Positions 27,201 through 40,880 of a stretch of 64,000 bases of DNA are shown here, piece after piece (the stretch's first letter is position 1; each line of letters begins with the position of its first letter). The DNA comes from Octopus sinensis. Lineage: Eukaryota. The stretch is taken from assembly GCF_006345805.1 (NCBI RefSeq), contig NC_043008.1, positions 46,624,001 to 46,688,000 on the forward strand, written 5' to 3'. Made by a program: the position numbers and the translations under genes. Below the pieces are notes generated by a model. The model was given only the letters and a program-made list of their open reading frames with translations. It searched no databases and was not told the origin of the DNA.

Positions 27201-27879
27201 GAGAACATTGTTTATACGGTAACAGACCATCCCTACGAGATACATTGATTGAGTATCCACATCTATAATATAAATGGCGTGGCAAGCGTTGCATATTTCC
27301 CGTGAAAACAGGTGATAACACTAAAGCGATCCTCACCAATTGCAACAAATATAATTGTAGACATAATGGATCTGGAAAGCCGTTGTATGCAACTAGTCAC
27401 TCTGCTTCAAGAACTTTTAGTAAAATGGGTGAGATAATACAATGAACCTGCGCCCCACTTGCAAACTGACAATATCGTAATGCCACGGAATTTTAACATA
27501 AAGACATCATTTAGCACATAATGTGCGTGACATCCCTTTCGTGACTAAAATGAAAGTGATGTGCTAACGCCATACCAAAGCATTATTACTATAATTTTGA
27601 GCCTAATCAAGCTGAAAACGTAAGTAATTAAACCAATCATACTGTAGCCGTTTGACAATTCTTCTATCATTTCATTTGTAGTCAGTACATGTGGGGTGAT
27701 AGGCAATCATTTGTGCAGAATTGATGATAAATTTAATACAAACGTAGACTGGCTTGTTCAAATAAATGGCGATGCTAGAATATCTAAATAATGTTATCAT
27801 AACCACACGCGAGATTTGAAACTCTTCAGTGAGAATTATTTCATTCTCATTTCAAGAAAAATAAAACCAATCGAAAGCT

Positions 27880-28890
27880 CTTAGCAACCGGCTGTACTTG
27901 AGAGTAGACCAGGGTGGAAGAGACTTAACAGCAGTGGAAGAAAGAGTCTAGTGGAGTATTTAGAGGGCAGCACAGAGAAACTACTAGAGACAGTGAATAA
28001 ATAACTGGTGACGAAACACATAAACGGAGAAAAAGACAAGAATGAAATACAAAGAGAGCACGTCTGACAGATCGAAGAGAAATCACTGCATGGCCATTTT
28101 TGGAGAGCCACCGAAGACGTATATGGAACAAAATATGGACTTGAATAAAAAAAAAAGGAGGCAATTAAAGGAAGACACAGAGATCCTAAATGTAGCAGTC
28201 TAAGATTAAGATATAAAAACAGACAAATTCAGAAAAAATTGACACAGAGAGAATGTGTCAGACCCTGTGTGGACCCTTTGGAACTTGGGATGAGACAGTG
28301 TCACACATTGTGACAGAATGCCCTAGGTTGGCACAGGAAGAAATGGAGGCACGACCAGATTTTTATAGTTTTACACTAGAAACTGTGCCAGAAATGGAGG
28401 TTTGAATTTGGAAACACACGGTATAATAATCGAATCGGTAGGGCACTACAGTCGGAGAAATGTAAGATTTTCTAAGACTTTTCCATTCAAACGGACAAGA
28501 ATTTAGAAGATAATAGACCAAATATAACAATTATATGGAAGGAAAATCGAAGTTGCTTAATGATCGACCCATCATGCACGTTTGATTCCAGGATCCTAAA
28601 GGAAGTGGACGAAAAACAGAGAAAATGAAATCTCTTAAAATTTGAAATAGGACGAATTTGGAGCATGAGAAGAGAAAAGGTCGTGCCTGTACTGATTGTT
28701 GCGTTGAGAACAGTATGCAAAGATATAGGCAAATGGCTGAACGAGATTCGAATGGAATGTCCGGTAGAGTTCGTAGCAGAAAGTTTGTATATTATGAACA
28801 GCAGGTATTATCAGGAGGATTCAAAGAACCATAAAGACTGCTGAAAACTTGTGGATACGTAAGGTGACAGGTAGTAACCCGCTACCCACT
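27880..28890 (+). mobile_element. Decayed R4/Dong-type LINE 3' region
   Basis: SLHGHFWRA; ETVSHIVTECPRLAQ (CCHC knuckle end); IQTDKNLEDNRPNI; CLMIDPSC; KVVPVLIVAL; MECPVE. The tail 'aacccgctac' resembles that of 40500-40715. Confidence 0.75.
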
Positions 28891-28920
28891 TAATTCCTCT
28901 CAGAAATATGACCTACCTTG

Positions 28921-28991
28921 AGAAGGAGGAGGAGGAGGCGGAGGCGGAGGAGAAAAAGGAGGGGAAGAAGAAGAAGAAGAAGAAGAAGAAG

Positions 28992-29021
<30 letters not shown>
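28921..29021. repeat. (GGA)n/(GAA)n purine tract
   Basis: Direct reading of the sequence. Confidence 0.95.
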
Positions 29022-29022
<1 letters not shown>

Positions 29023-30589
29023 GCTTCTAATATTGATAGTTCCTGAATAATCTGGGTAAGACGAGATTAAAAGATTAGCTGATTGCCTCCACCTCAGTAC
29101 TTGACCGCTTCCCATCTCTGCTTCTGGTCCCGAAGGATGACTTTGTAATAATCATTAAGGTTTAATTATAAATGGAATACAAATTAAACGTTTAATGAGT
29201 TGCAATGACAACAAAATTAATTACTTCATTTGTAGGGGGACCAAAAAAAATCAAAATATATTCTCAAAAATCTTAATCTCCTAAAAGTATTATAACATTG
29301 AAACAACTTGGAAACCATTACAATTTTCACCCACCTCCAAAAGGTATCCATAAATCTAAAATGAATTGCGAACAGACATTCACAAAATAGATTCAAACGT
29401 AAAGGAAATGACAAATACTTAAGAAAATATAGGGCAAATCTAAATAAAAAAGATGCAAATTTTAGCAACTTGAAAAAAATATGAAGCAAATAATGAATTC
29501 ATATATGAAAAGAGAGAAGAAATATATAAATCAAATCAATAGAATTCCTCTCCATAAAATATACTCTGAAATGCATGAAATGTACTTAAGTCAAACTAAG
29601 CATCTTCTCGGATCAGGCGCACAGAATTAGAACAATAAAGAAAAGAGAAATAAGCAGAACGTGTGTGAATTATGCGCTGAGAAATAGATTATGAAAACGG
29701 AATTGTCAACATGATAAAAATCATACAAAATCAGTGTAGGGAAATAAAAAACTTTGAAGTAAAGAGCCAACACAGTACAAAATTTATTTTTAAATATATA
29801 GACATAAGGAAACCGAGACAGAAATCAGTTTTGGTAGAAAAGCAGTAGACCTGGTTATGCAGAAAGAGACACAAGCATTTTATAGAAAATAAAATATTTG
29901 CATGTCTAAGAACAAAAGACAATGCATAAAAATATAATCAGAATTCAAAAGGAAGACTTTGGAATAAAATGCGAGAAGAAAAAGTTGAATAAAGATTTCC
30001 AATAATTCAATATGCACCAATGAAATCTATTGATATAGTAAAGGTATATTATGTTAGAATGAGGCTGGAATAGAGAAAAATCGACCAAGTTTCGGTTAAG
30101 TTACTGTAAATGTTACAATATAAAATAAAAGAATATTTCCCCATAAAGAAAACAATCTAAATAAAACTCGATTAACACTGATATTCCGAAACAGTGGGTT
30201 ATACTGTCTTCTTGGCCAACTATTTATATCTGCCGCACGCCCTTATAATACAACACCCTGCTCTGGAAATATGGCAAGTTATACAGTGATATGTTCACGG
30301 GTGGGGTGCATTTTACCATTAAGCTTCTCGATCAGAACTGACCTGAAGACATAGCAACACCTGTTATAACATACAATTACACACATTATAAGGCGACGTT
30401 CATTCATTACAGCAACTTAGAGTGTCGACAATATCAAAGAAACTAAAAAAAGAAACAGATTTGGACCTATTTTCGTTATTAGAAAGAATATAAGATTAAA
30501 TAATATATTTCGTATTCACACAATGGATAAATTTTAAATGAAATACTACCTGAACGATCGAAGAGAAAATTTAATACTGCGTTCCTAAC

Positions 30590-30800
30590 ACAGGACAATG
30601 TACACAAATGTAAAGAAAAACGGGATTTTGAATTACCGGAATATGTACAATATTGAACATAAAATTCCTGAAGTCCTTGTGAAGGGCAGAATTGAAAACG
30701 CATCTAAGAGCGACAAATGCAGAATGTGTAGTAAGGGGGGTCATATGACGTGTCACATTTACGCGTTTACAAAGGACTACATGGTAATGTGGCAAGAATA
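30590..30800 (+). mobile_element. Possible highly decayed R4/Dong-type fragment
   Basis: 'KGRIENASKSDKCRMCSK' resembles the start of the RLE-LINE zinc knuckle; the rest is unconvincing. Confidence 0.3.
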
Positions 30801-30934
30801 ATCCATTGGAAGGCCTGTGGAAATCAATGCCTACGAAGAGCAAAGGCGTTGTGCAATCTAATCTCAAGAGTTACGTAGAATAAAGTCTACAAAATCTTGT
30901 GCGATGCACAAAGGTGGAAGAATCCTTACTACAC

Positions 30935-31085
30935 AGGAAAAACCGCTTTGCAAAATTTCCTCCGTCTTTAAGTTCTGAATTCGAATGGCGCCGAGGTCGA
31001 CTTTGCTTTTTATCCTTTCGATGAAATAAGCTGTTGAATACCGGCGTCCATATAAATTAACCGTCCACTTCCACCAAAACATACA
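30935..31085 (-). mobile_element. tRNA-derived SINE core (same family as 611-1007)
   Basis: The plus strand reads 'ttctgaattcgaatggcgccgaggtcgactttgctttttatcctttcg', matching the family core; orientation is uncertain. Confidence 0.6.
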
Positions 31086-31152
31086 AAGAACTACTACTAC
31101 TACTAATAATAATAATAATAATAATAATACCAATAATAATAATAATAATACT

Positions 31153-31187
<35 letters not shown>

Positions 31188-34100
31188 AAACAGTGTAATA
31201 CTTATTGCTGTAAACAATGTTATCTTCGACTTATTGCTTTCAGTTATTGTCGTAGTAATATATCGTTCGGTCTTGCCTGGGTCTTATTTACAGTTGCTTG
31301 GTTCCACAATGTTATTCTAACGTATGTAGGTTATAGCTTGCAAGCAGTATTTCTGCACTCTTACGGCTTACAAATATAGCTCTGGGTTAAACATAATACC
31401 TGATGGGGATAATACTGTTTATATTCGCTTCTGCATATCATCTATTTCCTATTGATTTCTAATAATTTTCTACGAAATCTTAATATACAATAAGACAAAC
31501 ACAATGCCCCACGCGGATTTAAATGAGCGGCAGCTTAAGTTTAATTCTATATTCAGCTCTAACACTGATGGAAACCCCTGTCATAGAGATGATACACAAT
31601 GTGACACGCGTGTCATATTGCCGTAACCGATTAAGCAAAAGTCAATATTAAGATCAATATATTGAATCAAATTTTACTCACAGACACAGTTCCTATCTCC
31701 ACACATATTTTAGCTTCGTCAAAGAATCGGAAAAAGAATTTCAATCCGATCAATATTGACAATTTGAAATTAGAATTACACGAATTATTAGTGTTGCATA
31801 AATAATTACTTCGCGCACCGTGCTAATATTTACTCAATGCATATCATACAAATTATGTATAATTAACAAAATGATTATCAATCTTATTAATAAGACCGTA
31901 ATAATACTGTAATCATTATTATCTCCATCGCCATTATTGTTTTCATCATCATCTTCATTGATGCTTTCACCGTCATTATATCGCCTTCTTAATATACTCA
32001 CCTCATATACATTCTCATCATAATCTTAATGAGGAAATCATCACCATCATAATCATAATCATCATCATCGTCGTCAAGACGACTGTTAGTAAAAACGTCA
32101 TGTATAATTCTGCGTTATTATAAATATTCATCACCATAATATAGGTCGACCTCTTTCACTTATAATAATTAATCTCTTTGATTGTGTTGCACACCTTACA
32201 AGGTATGGGGTGCAGTCTGCTTCAATGCAAGAAGTTACTGTTTAGGTCATAACTTTTCTTGATAACATTCAAACGTATGCAATCCATGTTTACTAGCACC
32301 TACTCCGTCCTCTAGTAATCTATGAGTATTCGCTAAATAAGTTCGGTACATTGAGCCGCATAAAATATAGTACGACGCAGGATCTCCATCTCGGAGTCCA
32401 TTCCATAGCAGCCTTTATACATGCTTTATCTTACGAGGAATCTATTTACGTCTTAGGATGTTGTCAATTTATAGCGTGTTTATGTTGTGAAGCAAGTCAA
32501 TGTTTTAACGTGTGATTGTATATAGACACCTGGCGCGCTCGCATATGTGCACACTACTTGAAAAGTTTCACTGCGCTTGTTTACGGCTCTATTTGCTGTA
32601 CTACCCTTCACGCCCTTGTTTCCTTTCCTCTCACAGATTATTCTCCAGTCCACTCCCTCGCCATTCAGAATATTAGCAATGTTCTGAATATTATTCACTA
32701 ATTTTCTAAAGAGGGTTTCGCTAATTACATTGCTTCTACGTCCCTCGGCGTCCTTTCCTCCTCTCTCCGTTTAGTTTGCGAATGCTTCTCGACAATGTGA
32801 CTTATCCATCTTCTCACGTTTCTTCCAACTCGCACAGCATGATCTCATCAAGCCTTCTCCTTCCCCACAACTTACATCCTCGTCAATTGCATTACACATT
32901 ATAAGTGCACCATCTCCGGTATTTAGTCGTCTAATTGCCTACATCAACGCCTCCACACAAAACACCGAAGTTTTTTTTCATATCACCTCAAAAATATCTG
33001 TGTGAAATCTTCAGGAGATGCAATAATGAACCGCACCATAGGTTGGCAGGTGACGCTTTAGAATTCTGTATCTCTTGTTGCAAGACGTTTTCAATACAGA
33101 AGTCATAAACGGGAATTTCCAACTGGTTACAATGATCACTTATACTTTGCTATTGCTGTTCTAAGCGAGGAGCCAGCAGCGAAAATACCAGTTTATTTAG
33201 CAGACTGGAATATCTCTGAACCGAGTAAACAGAATAGAGACAGCTGTGGAACAAATTAATCATTAAAGTCATTAAATTACAACATACAACATAATCGGTT
33301 GCACGCCTAACTTCCCAACACAATATTGTTGTTGCATTTACAACTGCTATTGACTGACTATATATTAGCCTTCGACTAAAGCGATATTATATTCATACAC
33401 ACCCTCCGCCTCTCTCTTCCTCTATAGATTATTTCACTTCCACACCACATTTACTCATCGAACTCTCCTACGATATTTTATACAACTAAATTACGAGTCC
33501 AATTTGCCACGGACACAACATTCGCTGCTTGCTGACAATAATTTAAGATTCATAATATATTGGTATCTGACCCAATGCACTTAAACCATTCCCTAGAGAC
33601 ATGCATTCTCGTGCAAAATTAATGAACCGCCAGTGTAAATATGTCAATAATCATCACCATAACAATTGCTTCCATATAATTGGGGTTATGCTTATGTGTA
33701 TGTTAGTTAATGTAGACCTACCACTTCACCAACACACGTTTGGCTTCCCATGGAAATACAAACGCTCACTCACGCATACAATACACATATAAATATACAA
33801 CATACATGAATACATAGACACTCACACACACACATATATATATAAACATATATATACATATATTTATTTATATATGTGTGCGAGTCTATATTTGTGAATA
33901 TATGCCTTTGAGTGTGTGTTTGTGGTCTGTGACTGATGTAAACCTATTTCTTATCGATTCCTTGCATTGTTGTAACGCATAATTGCCGAGTCCGCAATGG
34001 CGGTGGAAGCTACGCGTATCCACAGAACTCTATTAGCTATGGTGTAGTACTTATGTCATATGAGCAGTAGCCCGCAAACACATAACCACACGCTCACAAA

Positions 34101-35183
34101 CACACACACACACACACATTAGTATATATATATATGTTTTTGCTTTGGAGTCTACTATATGTGCGTGTATATCGAAGTATACTTGTTTATGTGTATATAC
34201 GCGAGCGTGAATGAAAAACCGAATTTGTGTCATTACATATAAAACGTGCGTCAAGGGCAGATCAAATGCTTTGTTTGTGACATCTTTCAAGATATGTAGC
34301 AGTCGTATGGCTTGTCATAAACGAACAAGACAGAGTTTAAGGTATTCTGTCGGCTATTAAAACATATATGTCGCCAGTACAGAAATTCTAGAAGCGTACT
34401 TTAACGGCAATAATGTGTCTCAATAGCTATATATGGCAGAAGTTCATCAAGGCACGCCTTTTTCTGCTTTCATGTTTGTAACACATTGCTTTCGAGCGAC
34501 GTGAATTGATTTATTTCTAGAACTTAATTCCATTTGCTTCACATTAATTGCAACAGTAACATAGCACAACGATCAAATATTGCTGCAGTACTTACACCAG
34601 ACGTTGCGTGGATATATTGGATTTCTTTGTGATGGTCACTGTGTCGTGTTCAGTGTCCGTGATTTATTCAACAAATTTTACAGTCGTTTAGATAATTTGC
34701 AGTGGTTTATGATGAGCATCCCCAAGATGACTATCATAAATCACGATGAAATACATCACTTGGTATCACGGAGCTATTCCTATGAATTGCCCTTCTGAGT
34801 TCCATAAAGGAAAGGCACGTGGAACATTATTGATATTAATTGCTCTTCTGAAGGAAGACAATATACTGGCCTGAATAACAGCATTGCTAAATCTGATCAC
34901 GAGTAGATGAGGTGCTGAATAAGATTACCAAATTAACAGCGTTCCGCATGCTTTCCTATACGTATGAGATTGGGAATAATGGTGATATTAGAATTATCCA
35001 GTTCAACATTGACGGATAATGATAATCATGAAATACAGTTGAGGGTTAGATTGATTACCTAACAAATTTATAATTTCCCAAGGCCATCAAACCTTCGCTA
35101 CACATTAAATTTAACCATCCCACTTTCTCAAATACATTAATTAAAGATACTCATACACACACAAATGTACATAAAATATATGC

Positions 35184-35217
<34 letters not shown>

Positions 35218-35243
35218 TTTATTTTAAGCAGCAGAAAATTCAA

Positions 35244-35293
35244 CAAAATCTGTTACTCTGAATTTCTCGTTGCCGTTCATCAGACAGTTTTTG
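35244..35293 (-). ncRNA. Minimal type I hammerhead ribozyme motif
   Basis: Minus strand: CAAAAACTGT-CTGATGA-A-CG[GCAA]CG-A-GAA-ATTC[A]GAGT-A-ACAGATTTTG. Canonical CUGAUGA/GAAA core, GUA triplet, 10-bp stem I with one mismatch, weak stem II. Confidence 0.65.
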
Positions 35294-35333
35294 CTGATGA
35301 ACGGCAACGAGAAACTCAGAGTAACAGATTTTG
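35294..35333 (+). ncRNA. Mirror hammerhead motif lacking its stem I 5' strand
   Basis: CTGATGA-ACGGCAACGA-GAA-ACTC[A]GAGT-A-ACAGATTTTG. Stem III is a perfect palindrome; the upstream bases do not complete stem I. Confidence 0.5.
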
Positions 35334-35429
35334 TTGAATTTTCTGCTGCTTAAAATAAAGCATATTACTCTACCACTGGTATTTGAGTACTCTTTTTTCC
35401 ACCTTGTTTCACATTTATGTGTTTACTCC

Positions 35430-35541
<112 letters not shown>

Positions 35542-35669
35542 CGTTTATGGATTTGGTTCGCAAGAGTCTTTATGTGAGTTCGTGTGTTGAAGCATATTCT
35601 GCTGTGTCTGGAGATAATCATTCTCACCAGTAAAATTTCCACTTATTTCTTTTTTTATTTTTGTAGAGT

Positions 35670-36088
35670 CAAAACAGATTTGTCTGTTAGTTGTTACACT
35701 TTAATCAGTTGAGCATCTCCATTAGTGGCTGACGATATGTGTACCTTTGATCTCGAGCAGAAGTAGTGGGGAGCATTATAGCCATGTGTTGAAAGGAATT
35801 CTTTGGGGTGTGACTAATACAACTGTTGAAACATCAGTGCTTCGCTCAACATCCTTATACAATCCTTATTCTGGGACCTTTTAAGTGTGAGGGCCAGAGG
35901 GGACAAACAAGGACAGACAAACGGATTAAGTCGATTATATCGATCCCAGTGCGTAACTGGTACTTAATTTATCGACCCCGATGGGATGAAAGGCAAAGTC
36001 CACCTCGGCGGAATTTAAACTCAGAACGCAACGGCAGACGTAATACCGCTAAACATTTCGCCCTTACGTTTCGCCGCTTTGGAGGCAG
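35670..36088 (-). mobile_element. Long tRNA-derived SINE (head shared with 611-1007, different tail)
   Basis: Reverse complement of the 611-790 head/core, including 'ggacagacaaacggattaagtcgattatatcga', followed by a ~250-bp tail. Confidence 0.8.
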
Positions 36089-37710
36089 TTATGCTATTTT
36101 AACATTCTGGATGTATTACTTTTTATATCGTTTTCTTTAGTATTGATGTCTTACGGATATGATTTTCTGCACGATCTGTTTTACTAATGAAATGAGACTC
36201 CGAGACATCTTTTTTTAACTAATGTCTGAATATGCATTTAGCGTCTACCTGTATTGACAAATGGATTAGGTTCGTTATCAACATGACAGAACAATCCCGA
36301 CTAAAATTTCCCTCATTACATTTCACCCGCACCATCTCTTAAACATTCCACTTCGATTCAATAGATTCGATCTAATTCAATTTTACCCAACTGTGTCCTC
36401 ATTTAAACATTTCTATGGACGTGTTTGCAGTAACGGTTGCAGCCTATTCACATTTTCATATGCAAAAAACATTGTTTTATAACTGTAACGCTTGATTATT
36501 GAGTGAATATGTCGGTCTTTAATTGCTTCTAAATATGTTTATTGATTCACTGTGGCTGCTTGTGTATTCGTTATCTGTTTGTATCGATCTATTTGTTTCA
36601 AGTGCAATTAGTAATTATATCCCTCACACTTCACATTCAAAAAATTACTCCGTACACATTCAATTTGCGATCGAATGCCATTACGGACGCTCCTTAACCC
36701 AACTAATTTGTGCTTCCACCAACCTTTTTATTGTATTGCATAAAGAGTTGAGATACACAAATGCAAATGTATTTAAAAGTGAACTAAAATATTTACATTC
36801 CATTTATAATTTAATTAAGTTTTTATATTAGTATGAATTTTCACTTGTATCGTGTTATCTTCATTCTCTTTTTATCTTATCAGTTCCATTATATTTGGAA
36901 ATTCGCAAATGTCTGTGTAAAACCAATCATCTGAATCTCCAACCGAATACAAACAAAAGAACGTCCGCGTTCATATATTCCGTAAAAAGCCACTTAATAT
37001 TTTCTCGCTGCCAGTGCTGCGTTCATAATGCAATGTATGTCTTTTCAATCCCAGCCCATGTGATATTTGATATGGAAATGCACAGAGATAACATGATAAC
37101 ATGTAGAGAATGAATATCAGTTATTTCCCAGTTGTTGGTTCTATATAAATTTGGACCCATTCTTTATACATATATATAGGTAGGGATTTCACCTGCACTT
37201 TGGTATTCATTTTGGTATTATTTGTTATTATACATAAGGTAACTTACATTAAACCGATTTCGGATAATTTCTGTTCCCTCTGATCTGGCAAATTCCATAT
37301 TCATTATCCATGGTCATACAAGCTGTGCACTTTTTTTTCCTTTCTTTATTTTTCCTCACTAATCGTGTTTGTTAATCTGAGCGATCTAGGCCAACTCTTC
37401 CGATCTTCAATATGTTATATAAGAACACAGCGCAACGCTAAAGAGTTTGGAACCAACACTTGAGATAGAAATACATAAATCCTGAGGTTTCATTTGTCAC
37501 ACAAATTCCAAACACAAACAGCAATTCGATATGTACGCTGCAGAAATTATGGAGAAAAACCCGACGCTCCTAAACAGACGAAATCTCAAAGCATCATACC
37601 ATTTTGATAACAATCCAACTGAAACCTCACTGACAAAATAATTTTCTAAGAATTTTCATTACTTTAAAATTTATGTGGAATAAAGACAACATATTGTCAC
37701 GGATTTATGA

Positions 37711-38130
37711 TAAGAAAAGTGTTAAATCCTCTTTCACTAATTAATTGTTTTTTTATATTTGTTTTATTATCATATCGAAATGTGCAAGTTTTTGTGTTGT
37801 TCATTGTGTGTGTGTTTCAATATGTTCTATGTGTGTGTTCTTCGTGTGTGTTTCACTATAACGTAATGTGTGCGTGTGATTTTATACAATGAAATGTCTG
37901 TAATTCAACCGGCGCCATTTAATGAGCTCATCTTTACAATTTTCACCGACGTTTGCATGCATAAAAACTTGTTATATATCTCTGTGTAGATGTGCGTGAG
38001 TATATTGGAGTGTGTACACGGTGTAGCTAACATACTATTTTCCGTCAATCAAGTTAATTTCGAATTATTTTAAGAAGAAATCGGATTATATGAGACGAAG
38101 CTTGTCTTAAATACGATGCAGTCAATATCG
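37711..38130 (+). repeat. 420-bp segment duplicated at 42637-43057
   Basis: Identical by eye except for one T in a homopolymer run. Confidence 0.95.
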
Positions 38131-39411
38131 AAACGGAGCAACGTAGATTTCAAGAGAGAACCTCCAAACGCGCAGCTGTGTCGCCTTTAGAACAACAAAC
38201 CACAGAAACAAATCGAAATGAAAACCTGGTCAGCTTTGCATTTTATATCTCTTCGTGCATGAATCTCACAAATTATATCAAAGGCAACCAAATTGCTTTA
38301 CTAATTAAAGTTAGGAAGCAAGATTTTAAATAGAGACAGGAGAATTAACTATAATTATATCTAAGTTATTTTGTTGGTGAAATTACAATTGTAACAGAAA
38401 GTTATATTTGTAATTCGTCCACACATAATACGTTAAGTAATAATTTGTTATGACAGACGTAGTTATTCTAACTGTAATATAGTTCTTAATGTGAACAATA
38501 CTCCTCTTTATCTAACTATTTATCTTAATTTCGAATGAACCTCTCCGAGCCTCTAGAGTCAGTATCACGAAAATTCTTTGTAAAACGAGGAAATATTTAC
38601 TTTCACAAAGAACAGTTTTTAGCTCATTACTTCCGAGGCAATAATCCTAAACAACGGCATAATTCAACAGAATACAAGAATATAACCAACACGTGCTGCC
38701 ATATTCTGGAATGAATATATCGTTGTTAGCATTTCTGGACAACTGGAAAGTACAAAAATGACAGACAACTTCATTTAAGGCTTTATGCCTAATATTTATA
38801 TGTACTCCACTGTGAAATTACAATATATATATACATATATATATATATATCTTTCTCTAATATTGTGATGAAATTATATACAATTTGAACTAGGTAGACA
38901 TGGAGGGGATCGATATAATGTGTTTGACTTCAGACATATTTGTGTTGTCGGAAAAAGACGATACGCATTTATCATAAAACAATATGAATGCATATTCCGT
39001 TGTGTCTGGGGAGAGTCATTTTCTTTTTGTGCCTTATAATTTAATAAAATTTCTATTTATTGAATGTCAAGACAGAGAAAATTTTAGGAAAATAAATATA
39101 AGAAATACGTGGAAATGTTACCGGTTAGTGTGTTAAATTATAATGTACAAAACGAAAATAACTCTCCTGAGACACAACAGAATATGCTTCAACACACGAA
39201 CTCACAAAAAGAATTTTGCAAACGAAATTCAAAAACGAAATATGAATGCAGATAAATGAGCATACGTAACATATACGTATGTATAATATACGTATGTATA
39301 ATAAACATCATTTGTTTAAATATTTACTTGAATGAAATCGTTTCATACGCTGAAATAACAAGCTGTTTAAAATATGATCAAGGAATATATATGAAAGCAT
39401 TCCAAGTCAAG

Positions 39412-39477
<66 letters not shown>

Positions 39478-39742
39478 GCAATTAAGGACAACTACTTAAT
39501 AAGGAAAACTTAACAAGAAATTGTCAGGTAGATAGCGTAAAAACCTCATAAGAGAAAACATTTCGAAAATAATTATTTCTTATTGAACATATTAATTTAT
39601 ATATAGAGGGCATTATACATACATGCCAGAAGGCATTATACATACATGCCAAACGCTAAGAGGGACAATTAGTCATTTCTACCAAAAATATTACTAATCC
39701 CACCGAATGCAATTTTTCAAAGTAAGACATTAAAAAAAATAT

Positions 39743-39791
39743 AGACCTTGTATCACAGTGATTTCATACTTACGTACTCATCAGCAGGCCT
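39743..39791 (-). ncRNA. Type I hammerhead ribozyme (left arm)
   Basis: AGGCCTG-CTGATGA-GTAC[GTAA]GTAT-GAA-ATCAC[T]GTGAT-A-CAAGGTCT. Fully canonical core, GNRA-capped stem II, palindromic stem III, AUA cleavage triplet, one-nt bulge in stem I. Confidence 0.85.
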
Positions 39792-39940
39792 GAATGTATT
39801 ATAAATAAACAACGACCCTGCCCCGCTTAAGCCGATTCCGGATGTAATATATGTAAACTCACCCATGTGCTTCGTTGATGTCGAGCAGTTAGCTGATCGG
39901 CTTAAGCGGGGCAGGGTCGTTGTTTATTTATAATACATTC

Positions 39941-39988
39941 AGGCCTGCTGATGAGTACGTAAGTATGAAATCACTGTGTTACAGGTCT
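39941..39988 (+). ncRNA. Type I hammerhead ribozyme (right arm)
   Basis: AGGCCTG-CTGATGA-GTAC[GTAA]GTAT-GAA-ATCAC[T]GTGTT-A-CAGGTCT. Uninterrupted 7-bp stem I; U-U mismatch at 15.2/16.2; predicted cut after 39981. Confidence 0.8.
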
Positions 39989-40141
39989 ATATTTTTTTAA
40001 ATGTCTTACTTTGAAAAATTGCATTCGGTGGGATTAGTAATATTTTTGGTAGAAATGACTAATTGTCCCTCTTAGCGTTTGGCATGTATGTATAATGCCT
40101 TCTGGCATGTATGTATAATGCCCTCTATATATATATATATA

Positions 40142-40172
<31 letters not shown>

Positions 40173-40499
40173 TGTACAAAGTGAAATTTCGTTACAAGTG
40201 CAAAAAGGGAGATAACCTGTTTTGACACAATATCAAATATAAGCATATGCCACGATTTCAGACAGTAGTTGAAGGTCTTCGTTTTACGAAGCAAATTATT
40301 ATTATTACGAATATAATAACATTATTTGAAATGCTAAATAACTTGATATAATTATAGACATGGGCAACACAATCAATATTATAAATATTATCGCTATCTT
40401 AATCAACATAATGATAATGATCAAGAGGAGATGTTGTATGACAATAATAATCGTCACTTGTATATTTGTATTTTTCATATTATGATCTACACTATCCTT

Positions 40500-40715
40500 T
40501 AAATATCATCATTTTTATTATTATTCTTTTTGTTTCAGGTTTTGTTGGAACTCATGGAGTCTTGCATGCGTAGCGGGGTTGCTGCATGCAGCCTTCAGGA
40601 CCAGACTATGAGTTATCTTCGACTTATACTTTCCTGATTATTCTGTCCGTGCCCAGGAGGCAAGCCTTTTGTAACAGTTCTACTGGGCACTCTATTCCAG
40701 TTTCCATTGTATTCA
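40500..40715 (-). mobile_element. R4/Dong-type LINE extreme 3' end in (TAA)n
   Basis: Minus translation METGIECPVELLQKACLLGTDRIIRKV* is the RLE-LINE C-terminus. Flanked by TAA repeats in the element's sense. Confidence 0.75.
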
Positions 40716-40814
40716 TTATAAATTATTATTATTATTATTAATTATTAATTATTATTATTATTATTATCATTATTATTATTATTGTTATTATATGTTTGAC
40801 TTTTGCATTGTATT

Positions 40815-40880
40815 TGTAGAAGCTGACTCCAAGTCTCACCCAGGTATATCAAGTGACAACAAATTAGAAATTCATCGAAT
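40815..40880 (-). mobile_element. 3' UTR fragment of the Dong-type family at 43487-44682
   Basis: Reverse complement 'atgaatttctaatttgttgtcacttgatatacctgggtgagacttggagtcagct' matches 44600-44655. Confidence 0.7.

Larger units (their letters stand above)
39606..40125. mobile_element. Fold-back element, family D, with an HHR in each arm, inserted in TA
   Basis: Arms 39606-39836 and 39896-40125 (~230 bp, three differences) around a 59-bp spacer. Termini TATA-GAGGGC...GCCCTC-TATA. Each arm carries a duplicated 'ggcattatacatacatgcc'. Confidence 0.92.

Noticed and set aside
29130-30160. Strongly A-skewed tract (and T-skewed tract at 24000-25150) suggestive of very old LINE ORFs
   Set aside because: No motif could be convincingly recovered by eye.
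31597-31620. Short palindromes (also 60149-60166 and 62525-62538)
   Set aside because: Too short and isolated to support a function.
34596-35058. Minus-strand segment bounded by good acceptor and GTAAGT donor
   Set aside because: All three frames contain stops; at most a non-coding exon, with no support.
39606-40125. Initial reading as a Sola2-like MITE (GAG...CTC termini, TATA flanks)
   Set aside because: Each arm contains a complete hammerhead fold, which points to a Penelope-type retroelement origin. The MITE reading is disfavoured but not excluded.
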